A DNA stretch of 64,000 bases, taken from Antedon mediterranea. Its lineage: Eukaryota; Animalia; Echinodermata. The notes below the pieces were generated by a model, which was given only the letters and a program-made list of their open reading frames with translations, did not search any database and was not told where the DNA came from. Shown here piece after piece: positions 38,225-50,607 of the stretch (position 1 is the stretch's first letter; each line of letters starts with the position of its first letter). Made by a program: the position numbers and the translations under genes. Location of the stretch: assembly GCF_964355755.1 (NCBI RefSeq), contig NC_092670.1, forward strand, positions 25,344,795 through 25,408,794, written 5' to 3'.

Positions 38225-39674
38225 TCTATATATAAATTTACGTAAGGGCAAAATTCGGTAAATCGCGCGTTATTTCTAGAATGTTTACTCGATGGTATAT
38301 AAAGTTGGTTCGTACTTTCGGTACTGATTTTAACCGCCTGATGTAACCCTGTTTACTAATTAAATTGAGTTCGATAATTAGTTATTGACGATTAAAACGA
38401 ATTTAGGTTCAACGATTTTCCCCAAATAGGGGTGTTTTTTGATCGTGGTATACACTGTCTAATGGATGTCCGTCTTGATAAATACCCGCAGACGATAATG
38501 CGAGGATGCTTCGCATTTTCCTATCTCCTCCTACGATAATTGTTTTTAATGGCTGAAAACCGGTTGAACAGCTCGACTACAGCATCATAATGTTGAAGAC
38601 AGGCCGATTTTCTTTAAAAAATACTATTTTGATAGATTTAATATACGTTTATACAAATGTATTGATTTGCGATGAATGGAACATTCCAATCTCTGTTCCA
38701 CAAGCGTCTATTCCCTCAGGCGTCGTAAAGGCAAGTACTGTATACTCATAACAGAAATTCGATCCATTTTTTTTTTCAATCTGTGCTGCAGAGGTTGGAT
38801 ATAAATTTTTTTTAAACGGATAATGAGCTAGCGTTTTCACTCGCCGTATATTATGTACACATCTTTATTATTGCAGTTAAACCACCCACATCATCACCCT
38901 TCCCTCACTGGCATGTATGAGTAGCGTTGTAAAACCAGTAGAGGATAGGCCTACGGTACATCACATGCCCTAAACGCAGAACAACTTTGGTGGGTAGGGT
39001 AGGAACCAACTTAAGTATGAATTGGCTCTAATATACAATTGAAAACCATTAGGCCTACTAATTAAGTTGAGTTAGATAATTTAATATTTATTGACGATTA
39101 AATCGAATTTATGATTTTCCCCGAATAGAGGTGGTTTTCACAAATTGTTTTACATTATATAAACATATACACGTCGTAGTGATGTATCGTTACATGTACT
39201 GTACTATTTCAATCGACTATGACGGTGATAGTTTCAACAAAGTTTTAAATCGAAATGTTTTACTGTGTGTAGTGGTATATTATTTGTAAAACATGAAAAC
39301 AATTAATATTTCGTTACTAAATGGATAAAGAATATATTTAAAAAGTGTTCCTCTTTGCACCCATCCTCTTCCCCATCCCTCAACACTAATGTTACATACA
39401 AAACACAAATTAAGTTTGTTTAAATTTGACTTAAACAATTGGTCTCATTTTGTGACAAGTTTCTCTTTCGGAAGCAATTCCCAGGGTGCTAATTTTAGTT
39501 GAGTACATAAATCACAGTGTCTATTTATTCGTTCCTGTAAACGACATGTATTATTGTCCTGCGGTACGTACATTTGAAATCGCCAGTTTTTTAACGCTGA
39601 AATTATTATGTATTCGAGAACCATCTGTGGGCACGACCTAGATGGTACGCGAGCGAAGCGAGCGTACCATCTAG
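38225..39674 (+). mobile_element. Non-autonomous Helitron, copy 2 (same family as 19211-20800)
   Basis: A|TCTATATATAAATTTACGTAAGGG...GATGGTACGCGAGCGAAGCGAGCGTACCATCTAG|T. Confidence 0.88.
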
Positions 39675-41444
39675 TATCTATAATAAATGTTGTTAACGTT
39701 TGTTATGACTTTTTGAATGCTTTAACGATTTTGCAAATAAACTAATACTGTAGCAATACAAACACACAATATTTAAATGCATCATGGTTTATATCAGAAT
39801 GTGTCATTTACAAATATATTTAATTGAAGAAAATTAATCTAATAAAATACAATACTTGTATATAATATTTTAATAAACAATGCGGTTGACTTGGATAAAT
39901 GATGCAGTCCTAACAAATCAAAATCTCATTATTTTAGTCTCTAACCTAAACCTTGGTTCCACTGGTCTGCAACGTGATGTGCAATGTAAGTAATTTGACC
40001 AATCACAAATTTCAGTCCAGACGATCCGCCGCCTGTAATTGGTCAACTTACTTCGGTTGTTTATGTGTTGCAGCATAATGAGCCTAATCGGATTTGGTTG
40101 GTTTTAAATCGTTAATTATTAATTAATTAGATGGACCTGTTACTTGAGAATAATATAATACATAGTTTCAAAATAAAAATCAAACATTTTCAGACAAATT
40201 AAGATGATTATAACGAACATCGGCGGTGTACAACAACAAACAATTTGATCAAATAATGCGAGAGTAATCAATACACCAAATATGTTAGGCCGTAAAAAGC
40301 AGTCGCAAGCAAAAAATAATCATTTAATCAATATTATTAGATATCAATCAATCGATAATTTTTTTTTTTAATTACTAGATATACTGAGAGAGAATTATGG
40401 TAAGAAGGAGGTATTTATAAAGTATGCCCATAACAAAGGATTTAACTTCTTTATGAGTTTAAAATCAAGTATGAACAATATTAATAAAACTCATTCCTAC
40501 ATATTAATTTAATACGATATTTATATTAAATTAAACAAAATAATATTCAGAATATATACAGTGTACCAAAGGTGTTAGATTGAAACAATTGAAACAAATT
40601 AGTAAGTATTATAATATTTCCAAAATATTTGAGCTTTCTGTCAATTTCCTTATGTTTGAAACATGCAAAAGATATAAACTTTAGCTTATAATTTAATTTT
40701 ACATAAAATTCTAAATCAGTGATTGTTTTCTTGTATATATTGTTTTACTAAATAAAGAATTACACCTCCAGCTATATCTACTAGTGATGCATAAAACTAT
40801 ATACTCTTTTATATACAAACTATTTTGCAAAATGTTCAATATGATGCCTTATTGCTGGACGATCAATGAGAATTATACCCCTTTCACACCAAACTCTGCA
40901 GTGATCTCCGAAGACACCCTGGGGTTTGTGACCATTCAAAACGTTGAGAAACTTAGGAGATACCCAATTCGACCTAGCAACACTGGGGTTTTTTAAATAA
41001 AATTATAAATAACGCCATCTATTTTGTTTTTGTTATTTTTACATAGCAATGATAATTAAAATCAATCTTTTGATAATATTTTTAATTTAATAATTTTAGT
41101 CATAAGTCTCAGAAGTCATATAATGTTTTATTTATACTATTTATTATTCCCTCAACTCCAGAGTTTTCTTAGGGTGCGAAAGCGGTATTATAATACAATT
41201 CATAAATGATGGCTATTACAATGATAAATAACAACTCTCCCAATACTGGCTGGCCTATATCTGGTTTTCAAGAAATTCTGGTATTCTGAATGTGTTTTTA
41301 GTGGGTATTGGGTGAATAATTGACTGTATGTCTTATAATGAAAAATATAAATAGAGATCTAGAGCTATTTCAAATGTGAAATAATACAATGCCTAATAAA
41401 AATCATAAAAGGATATGTGGCCGACTGTGTTGAATGTGAAGGGC

Positions 41445-44400
41445 CTACACCATTGTATGTTCATAGGTTTGATCTAGCTTCACATTTGATGGTGTTGATA
41501 TCAGATGTCGAGTGCTTGACACACTTCCAGAACTAGCTAGGCTCTCTGGTCTTGCACTGTCAACAGCCATGCCTGGTAGCTCTACGCTAGCCATTGCAGC
41601 TGGTTGGCCAGGTTCGATTTCTTGGAAAACGGAATCGGTTGAACTGGAAACTGGGTTTAAAAAGTGAAAAAAAAAATTGTGATAGTCAGTCTCAAAATTA
41701 AAAAGGGGCTATGAGTTTGAACAATGGCCTGAAAAACACAAGTAAATTTAAGTCTACTGGCCAAGCGGTCAAGGCATGCCACTGCTGCAGTAGCCTATAA
41801 CCATAAAATCTGCACCAGCTCAAGGCTCTCCTTTACCATTAGAACCATAAAGTGAGTAGAATAAGTCATCTCAGATAAGGACTTAAAACTGGAGGTCCAG
41901 GGCCAACTTGCCTTGCATTATTATACTCCATAAGAGGGTTGTAGCATAACAATCAAGATATTCTCAACATTTTCTCAAATAGTGTACACGTTTTGACTAA
42001 AATGACTAAAATATGTATGTACTAACCACTATCCTGTTGAATAATTTTAGCAATTGTACTAATCTTAGGTGAGCTAGGCTCTGATGGACTAAGAGTTGTG
42101 GAATCGGTCTCCTCAGCGATCGCTTCTACTCCTGGAACTATTTCTTCTACTATCTTTTCACCTTCAATAATTCCAGCCTAGAAAACAAATTCATATACTT
42201 TTCTGTTACAAAGCTTCTATGCATGATTTTGTAAAGTTTGCAGTCATTAATATAGCAATGATCATTTTAACAGTGCAATTATAGGTATTATAAAAAAAGT
42301 TTTATTTGATAAATAAGATTGCAATGATGTCCATGACTAAAGTTCTGTCTACACTATCAAACTTTATGTGACAACAAAATGTGATGTGCCCATATATGGA
42401 CATGATGATGTCATATCACTGTCATATCTGGGCATATCACTACCATATTTGGGCACATACTAGTTTGATAGTGTAGACAGAGCTTAAAACATTATATTCC
42501 TACTGTACCTCATCAACAGTAGGTTCAGCAGATTTCTGCAGCTGTGGAATAAAATTACCAGTATTATTAACATCAAAACCAACTTGAACTCATTAAAGAT
42601 ATATTGTCCCCTTAAACAATGTTGATATTCACTTTTTTACCAAAAACTGGATCCAAAACAAAAAAAATACTGAAACTGTTTGTCAGACAATGGTTTTTGG
42701 TTAAAATTAAGTGAAATAATTATTTTGGTGAGACATGGTGAGTAACTAGTAAATTCTATAATTCTAGGTGAATTAGTATGTGAATATGATTGGGTCGGAT
42801 GAACACAAAAACATGAGATTTGGAAATACAATTTGAAACTGAAAAAGCTTGAAAACAAGTGTTAAAGGCAACAACAAAAATGTTGCCAAGCACAGCCAAA
42901 TCAATTTGTTATTTTTTGCAATTGAGCAATATTACATTTTTAGTAGAAATTGCATGCATGACTTAATTTTCTATAGCGCCCTCTATCTTGATTTCAACTA
43001 ACCTGAGTGTCTGGTGAATCAACAGGTGTCAGCATTTCCTTTTTATCACATGGACGTTCCAATGATTTGTTGAGTTCATTTTCCTCTGCATACTGTACGG
43101 TTGCAAGGTGTGCTGGCACAGCTGCCTCAGGAGCTGCCCTACACCTCCCTGAAGAACTACCTGATGTTGGACGCTTCCTAAATTTGCAACAAATTGAATT
43201 TAAATAATTAATTAACGAATAAAAAACAACCGGGAAAAATTATTTGAGAAGTAAAGAACAATGACTACTGTATGTCAATTATTGCTAATCTAGTTACAAA
43301 TCTACACATTGTGGAAGGAAGCACGTCCCTTCTTTTGTAGCTTGTATATGAACGTGATTGAAAAATAAAATTGAAAATGATGCTATACTGTCTATTACTA
43401 TTAGTACTTATATGGTTGTATTACCTTCTATTTTTTCTATTCTTGTGTCTGCCACTTCCTGTACTGTCTCCAGCTATGAAATAAACACAAGTGATAATTT
43501 AAACAAAATATTATCTAAACAACTTAACAAATACATCCTATAATCTACATTAACTGTGCAAAAACCTCATTTGGGTGTATAAGTCACACATTTATGTAAC
43601 TGAGCCTTCCAATTTCTTTCTTAAATGTTGTGTTCCTTTTGTTTCATTTTACTTTTTTTAATGTTAGTTTTATTAAATACAAAAAAATTATAGGCCAATC
43701 AGACAATCTTTCACTTACTCTCAGGCCTTGGAAGGGATGGGTTGCCTGATGTATTTGGTCCATTCAGTGCTTCACCTAGCGGAACGGCTTCATATCCTTG
43801 TGGTACATTCTCCTGACTTACCTAAATAAAGCACAACATATTATTTAAACTAATATCTATTCCAAGTTCCATAACATTTTAAAGACACTATTCTACAATA
43901 GTATTCATTGTGATATTTTCAGAAATTATACTGTGAGTAGGTAGAACTAGTTACATGCTGTCGTTGAGTACATTTTAAAATTAAATGTAAAATACTTACA
44001 GCGGTCTCTTCTCTATGGAGAGTGCCTGTTACCTTCCGTAGGGCACGTATTTGAAGAAGAGCACGGAAAGCTGTTGGGAATAAAAATAAACACTATCATT
44101 TTGAACTACTGAGAATGTTGACATTGTACTGGTCTGTTTGTCCTGTTCAGGATTAAATTCCCTTCTAATTCCAACACCTCAATGTCCATAAACTCAACTG
44201 CATTATGAAAACTACACATTATCTATGTATCTGGTTTTGGGATAGTTTTAATAATTTTTCAAACTATAAACTTACGTGCTCTACATATAGGACAGCAACT
44301 TGACTGATAACGAAGATTGTCAGCTAAAAGTAAAACACAATATAGAGTTAATAAAATAAATTTACAAAAATTATGATATTAATCATCAAAATGACAACAA

Positions 44401-47400
44401 TCGTCTTTATTACTTAATATAGTTTGTGATGAATTGTGATTTGTCAGATGATGTTATGGTATACAAATAATAAATGTTTATGATTTGAAGGAGGAGAATA
44501 TGTTCAGCTCATTGACAGGACAGTCAAGTTTTTAGTCAATTAATCCAGCACTTTTATCCTCAGCTGAATATAGAAAGCTGGGTCATGTGGCACTCAGGAT
44601 TTGATCATGGCAGTGTTATAGATGGCACACATAAGTTTTGTTTGCACATTCACCAATTTAGTGTCACACATAATTCTTAAAATTAGTAGCAGTAGTTACA
44701 ATACTACTCACCACATCCATTACAAAGACACAGATGTCTGCATGGAAGAATCAAAGTATCTCTTGCATCAGACATGCAGATGACGCAGTCAGAACCATTG
44801 TCGTCCATTAAATCCACGTCCACTTCGTCCTACAATTCATAAACAAAGGAGATACCTTTCATGTAATTTTGTTTATCAGTATTACCTGGACTCTGGGATG
44901 TAGCTATAGTCTAGGGGGTGGATCTCAAAATGGATAGAGGTTGGTTAGGAAAAGAATAATATAGTATTTTCAGAAATCCAGAGGTTTTGTAGGCAAGTGC
45001 TGTGTGGGTGGGTAAAAGGGATTAACATGAGCTTTAGACCGAGTGGTAACTTAAGGTAAGTGTTCTGTCCGCATCTGCTTATCACAATAACATTCATGAG
45101 CTGTTTTGTAATGTTCAATTTTTTATACCAATACACCAATACTCATACAAATACATACCTGTTGTATATTTGTAACTTTCTTGTTTTCAATACCATATAT
45201 CTCTTGCAGTAGGTAATACACCCCTTCTACCATCTGTTTCTGTTTTAAAGGTTTAATTGCATACTGTTCGTCAGACACCTTCTCTAGCGTGGCCAGGAGA
45301 GCATGGCTATGTCCGGCATGCTCTGTAACAATATAAAGTTTCATTTTAAATTAAATAAAACTTCTACTTACTGAATCAAGTGAAGGCTGATTAAAGTTCA
45401 AAGTTCAAGTTATATAAAAACTACAAGCTTTTGTCAGTGAAAAAAATCAACTTACCATCTCCCTCATCTACACAGCATTGAACGACTAGAGGAATTAGAT
45501 CCTTCAAGGGGTCAAAGTTGAACTGAAAAAGTAGATGATTTATTGATTCAAGTGAATTTTCTTTTTCAATAATAGAGTCAACTCTCACAATACCAAATTC
45601 TCTAGAAACTTGAAACAATCCACAAACCAGAATTTGAGGTCCAAAAGTAAATTCTTTTTAAAATTTATTATTAAAAACATATTCAGAAAACTACAAACAA
45701 AACAAGACATATTAGGCAAATGTGTCCAGTATTGGGTAAATTGACTGTACATTTGTAAAATGCAGATTAAACAAGAATATTTCTTACAAAAAACGCTGCT
45801 CGCTTATTGTTATTGCTAAGGTCAAGTCTGGGGGTCACTTCATCACGCCTAGATACTTCAAGTATCCTATTACAAACAAAAACTTCAATGGACTGTTTTG
45901 ATAATAATTCAATGATTATCTGACAGTGAATTATAGTAATATCATGGGACTCATAAATACCAGAATGCTTTGGGATTTGTCGTTAGACTCTTTTCCCAGC
46001 CGTTTTTGGATTCAACAGGTGGTACCAATAAATTATAGTGGAGTTTCCATTTTAACAAAAATGTCAAAGTGTAGTACTATAAAGCTGCTTGATTTCATCT
46101 AATGAATGAGTCATCTCGTGTGACGTAGCGGGCTAGAGCAGCAGCGTGAAAAAAAAACAGACTTAACTGTCTACCAACAAAATCTCAATTTTTATTGATA
46201 AACTTACATCAGTTTCAGAATAGTTAGCAGGATTGATGACAAAGGCAGGCTGCTTAAACAGCTGATTGGCTCCTTTCTGATAGTGAAACGTCTCTGAACG
46301 CAGACCTACACCTTCTTTAGGTTGGTATCTAATTAACAAAACAAAGTTTATAGAATTAAAATAATACAAGTGGAGGGCACACTAACTTACTATTGCAGCA
46401 TAAAATATCAATTTTAGTATAAATAAATAAGAAATATATACAGTATTGTCCACTTGAAAAAAATAATTAATAGACCCTTTCAATTCTATAGTTATTCACT
46501 TTGACAAAATTGGATTTTAAAGAAATTATCTACCTACTACTAATTATCTAAAAAAAAACTGCCTATTAAATTGACCTGTTTGTCTTTAAAATCATAATTT
46601 TTTTTTTATTTTTTTTTTGGGGAAAAAATTAATAACAAAATGGCATATTCAAGGTTTGATTTTATTCATCTTTATTTGTCATGTTTTGAGGGAACAAAAG
46701 ATCTTTAAAAAAAAAAATATGTGCATGTGACCAAACTTACACAGCATACTGTCCGTTGACAATCTCTTCTGATGCAAACATGTACACCGTGATTGCCACT
46801 CTTGCTTCTGTGTCAAATATAAACTCTAAGTTGTATTTAACACTTTCTGTGTTTTCTTCTGAATCTGTGTCCAGGTTTCTAGTAAAGTTATTAAAAATAA
46901 AAGAAATAAAATTTTACTCTAAATTTAAACATACATTAAATTCAAACATACATTAAATTCTATATGAAATTCTACTATTATATAATATATTTTGGTCTGT
47001 ATTTATATAACTTCATTAAATTTCACAAGATAATCATTTTATTTGTAGTACCACAACAAGAAAATACATCACAGAGACAAATCTGACAGAAGATATAAAT
47101 GAATGCACTCTACCTTTCATCTTTTACAAATTTGACTGAATCTTTACGGATATTGACAAGACTCTTTAACGTCTTTGTCGGCTCATTGGGTTGTGGTGGT
47201 GGATATGGAAACTAAAAACAAACAAGTGATTATGTAATATTATTGTAGATTTCAACTTGTACACTTTATCAGTAATTTCTAGTCAAATACATATACAGTA
47301 CATACAGTTGTACTGAGATTCATTGTCATTAATTAGTACAGTATCATAAATAACGAATGTTAATTTAAAGATGTATTGTCCCTTGAAACATAAAAAATGA

Positions 47401-48306
47401 AGGACAAAATATTCTAAATTTAAATTGGCCATATCAAAGTAATATGAAAGTTAGTCACTTTAAGTCGAAAATTTGATCCAAAAACATTATTCACTCAATT
47501 AATCACTGTACTATCAAATAGGTGGTAATCCTCCTGACACACTGGCTATTTTGTGAACCAGTTCATCGGGGTAACTCCTACTCGTCGCATGAACAGGGTT
47601 TTTTAAAGTGCACACACGGGTTATACTGTGTACAGTTTATAGTCCTTTTCGGAAAAGACTTGTTCCACCACCGGAACTAGGTAAATAAAATGTCTTACTG
47701 GAGCAGGTCTTGAACCTAGGTAATTAAGGTCACTATTTTCGCCAAAGAGGTAAGCTTCAGGTTGTGGCGTTTCAAAACGCTGACCTCCCATTGTGAAATA
47801 GCCTCCAAAATAACATCCTGTATGAAAGGTATACAAATAAAGCAGTTACTTACTAGAAAAATCATCAATAATAATATATAGCCTGCATAGGCCTAATACT
47901 AATTATTAATTAGGGCCTCTAGGGCCAGGCTAGGCCTAAATTAAAAATTTTTTTTTAATGCAATTTATTTTTTTACTACTCTACTCTAGCCAAGGCCTTT
48001 ATATGATATCCTACTACTAGCCTAGGCCATCTACTCTACTACTTAAAGGCCTAGACCGATCCGAGATTAAATTGTTTTCCCCATGTTAAATCTGCCTTTG
48101 CTAGGCCTACTGAAAAGCCCGAGCAATGAAGCCTCCGGGTTGTTGTTTGTAGTGATCATCAGCATAAAACAGCACAACCACTGTTAACTTCCCGTACGTT
48201 TTTTCAACATATTACCTGATTTTGGTGGATATCTGTACGCTGAATTAGCAGAAATATCAAGCTGCTCAACGTTGTTTTGATTATATGATGATATTATAGA
48301 GCCCAT
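41445..48306 (-). CDS. MGRN1: RING E3 ubiquitin ligase MGRN1/RNF157 family, about 15-16 exons (approx. 48216-48306, 47699-47817, 47113-47211, 46740-46877, 46208-46328, 45455-45522, 45159-45322, 44714-44829, 44277-44323, 44000-44070, 43719-43821, 43003-43177, 42509-42541, 42065-42176, 41445-41650)
   Basis: [119 protein letters not shown]; 3' exons less certain. Confidence 0.92.
42340..42486. mobile_element. MITE family B, complete copy (TIR AAGCTCTGTCTACACTATCAAACT); another at 51514-51642
   Basis: aagttctgtctacactatcaaact...agtttgatagtgtagacagagctt in TA/TAA context. Confidence 0.8.
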
Positions 48307-48923
48307 ATTGACAAAATTAGATAAAATTGACAACAAACGTTGTACTTAAAAATCAAAGATGTCGTTTTGTTTTTCCAGATTCTTATCTCCAAAAAAGATA
48401 ATTAAAGGACGCCCTCTAGAGACAGAGGTAATTGACAGCGAAATTGAAGCACGCCATCAATAGGTTGCTTTCATCATCGACAAAAATATAAACAAACCAC
48501 ACACAGGATACCGGTTATTGCATAATCATTTCATTTAACTGTCTACACAAATTCCAAAGCATATCATTCTCTAAATGCTTTCTGATTAAATTTCGTTATA
48601 TCCAAAGTATTTGTTTTCGTACTGTAAATACTAAGGAAGCCTTTCTGTAAGTGCTGAACGTGCGCCCCAAACGGGTTAATTGCCTCAAATACAACAACTG
48701 GCTAGCTAGCTATGCTAGGCCTAAACAAATTAGTTAACTGCTAATAAGCAGTGCCACTTCTTCTGTGGTACAATATATGTACCACATTTTTTACTGCCTT
48801 TTTAGCACCTCTCTCGGATAAATTAATCCACGACACGATACAGGTAGTCGATTGAGGATTTGTTAGACAATCAAGTTTTCACTAGCAACAAGCAGTTCAT
48901 AAAATTGATACAATTGTATTAAT
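48307..48923. promoter_or_regulatory. Probable bidirectional promoter region, MGRN1/ADPRM
   Basis: Divergent ATGs at 48306(-) and 48924(+), about 620 bp apart; no TSS data. Confidence 0.55.
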
Positions 48924-50213
48924 ATGGCAGCATTATTTTCATTTGGGATTATTGCAGATGTTCAATACGCAGACATTGATACGTGTTACAACTTTAACCA
49001 CACACGTTTACGTTACTATCGCAACGCAAAGCCTCTTTTACGCAATGCAGTTGATCACTGGATTAGCGAACAAGACATTTCATTCGTTACTCAATTAGGA
49101 GATGTCATCGATGGATTCAATACTCGAAAAGGAAAACGTGAGTCTTGGCGTGCATTAACAGAAATTATGGACGAGTTTGATCGATTTTCCGGGAAACTGC
49201 ATCATCTAATTGGCAATCATGAACTATATAATTTTTCACGAAAAGAGATTTATGAAAGTAAATTATTTTCGGCAGATGAATTTCAATCCGGACAAGATCA
49301 CACAATCGAAGACCCTGAAGATGAAAGGAAAAAGTTTTACTATCATTTCAGCCCAGAAGCAGGCTACAGATTTGTTATACTTGACTCTTATGATGTATCT
49401 ATGTTAGGATGGGGTGCTGACAGTGCCATCATGCAACAAGCAACACAGATTGTAACGTCTGTAAATTCCAATCAAGAATTAAACTCTCCACTCGGTTTAG
49501 AAGGATTGGAAACTCGGTTTGTAAAGTTCAATGGAGCGATCGGAGATCGCCAAAGGAATTGGTTGAGACATGTATTGCAAACTGCTGAAAATGATGAAGA
49601 AAAAGTGTTTATATTTGGTAAGTGAGGTTTTATAAAAAGTAAGATAAAAAACAATTTACACTGCTCAACAAATGCTTTGTCGATATCGATTTGATTGATT
49701 GATTTGACCAATTACAAGTGATGGATTAATTTGAACTGGCGCTTGTCGTATCTTCAACTCACTTGCGTTTGCTCCTACATCCTTGCGTTGCATTTTAGTG
49801 GGAACCCTGCTTTAAGGGCAAATGTTACTGTAATACTAATAGAATAGTGGTTATTGATTTACGAAGGAATTTTGCACAACTTTTAATATTAATTTTGTGA
49901 ATTGGTTTCAGGTCATATACCTTTCCACCCTAACAAGACTAGTGACAACATCTGTCTGCTGTGGGACTATGACCAGGTTCTTGAAATCCTACATCAATTC
50001 AAGTGCGTAGTGGCGACGTTTGCTGGACATTCACACACTGGAAGTTATACGCATGATGCGAAGCACATTCATCATATTGTAGTACCAGCAGTTGTTGAGG
50101 CGCCTCCTGGATCAGACGCATTTGGTACGGTTGCTGTTTATGACGACCGCATTGTGATTAATGGTCACGGGTCAGTAAAGTCAGCAGAGTTTAGATATCA
50201 GAGTACACCATGA
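48924..50213 (+). CDS. ADPRM: Manganese-dependent ADP-ribose/CDP-alcohol diphosphatase, 2 exons (48924-49617, 49912-50213)
   Basis: LFSFGIIADVQYAD, QLGDVIDG, GNHELYNF, RFVKFNG, GHIPFHP, AGHSHTG metallophosphoesterase motifs. Confidence 0.93.
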
Positions 50214-50295
50214 TAAATACAGATTTTAATTAACAACAAATTTTAATTAATATTCCGTCTGATGTGAATGTACAGTAGAAGAAAGAATGTGGGAT

Positions 50296-50420
50296 GTCAT
50301 GAATATTCATGATTATTTTAAATACTGTAGCACAAAAGAACTCAGGACATTATGAATATTCATGTTTATTTTAAATACTGTAGTACAAAAAAACTCAGGA
50401 CATTATGAATATTCATGTTC
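50296..50420. repeat. Short tandem repeat of about 53 bp, 2-3 copies, between the ADPRM and RRS1 3' ends
   Basis: atgaatattcatg.ttattt.taaatactgtag.acaaaa.aactcaggacatt is repeated. Confidence 0.75.
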
Positions 50421-50607
50421 ACTTTTTAATGCAGTATTGACTGTTTTTATAGTATTCAATTTAATTGGTGTCCATTCACTATACTAATTTAATATGGATT
50501 AATTGTATGTATATTTTTTAACACAGTGTGTGTAATAAATTAAAACCAGCTTCACATAATTGTTTCTGTACTGTATCTTTAATTCCAACCTTAGACTGCC
50601 CTCTGTG

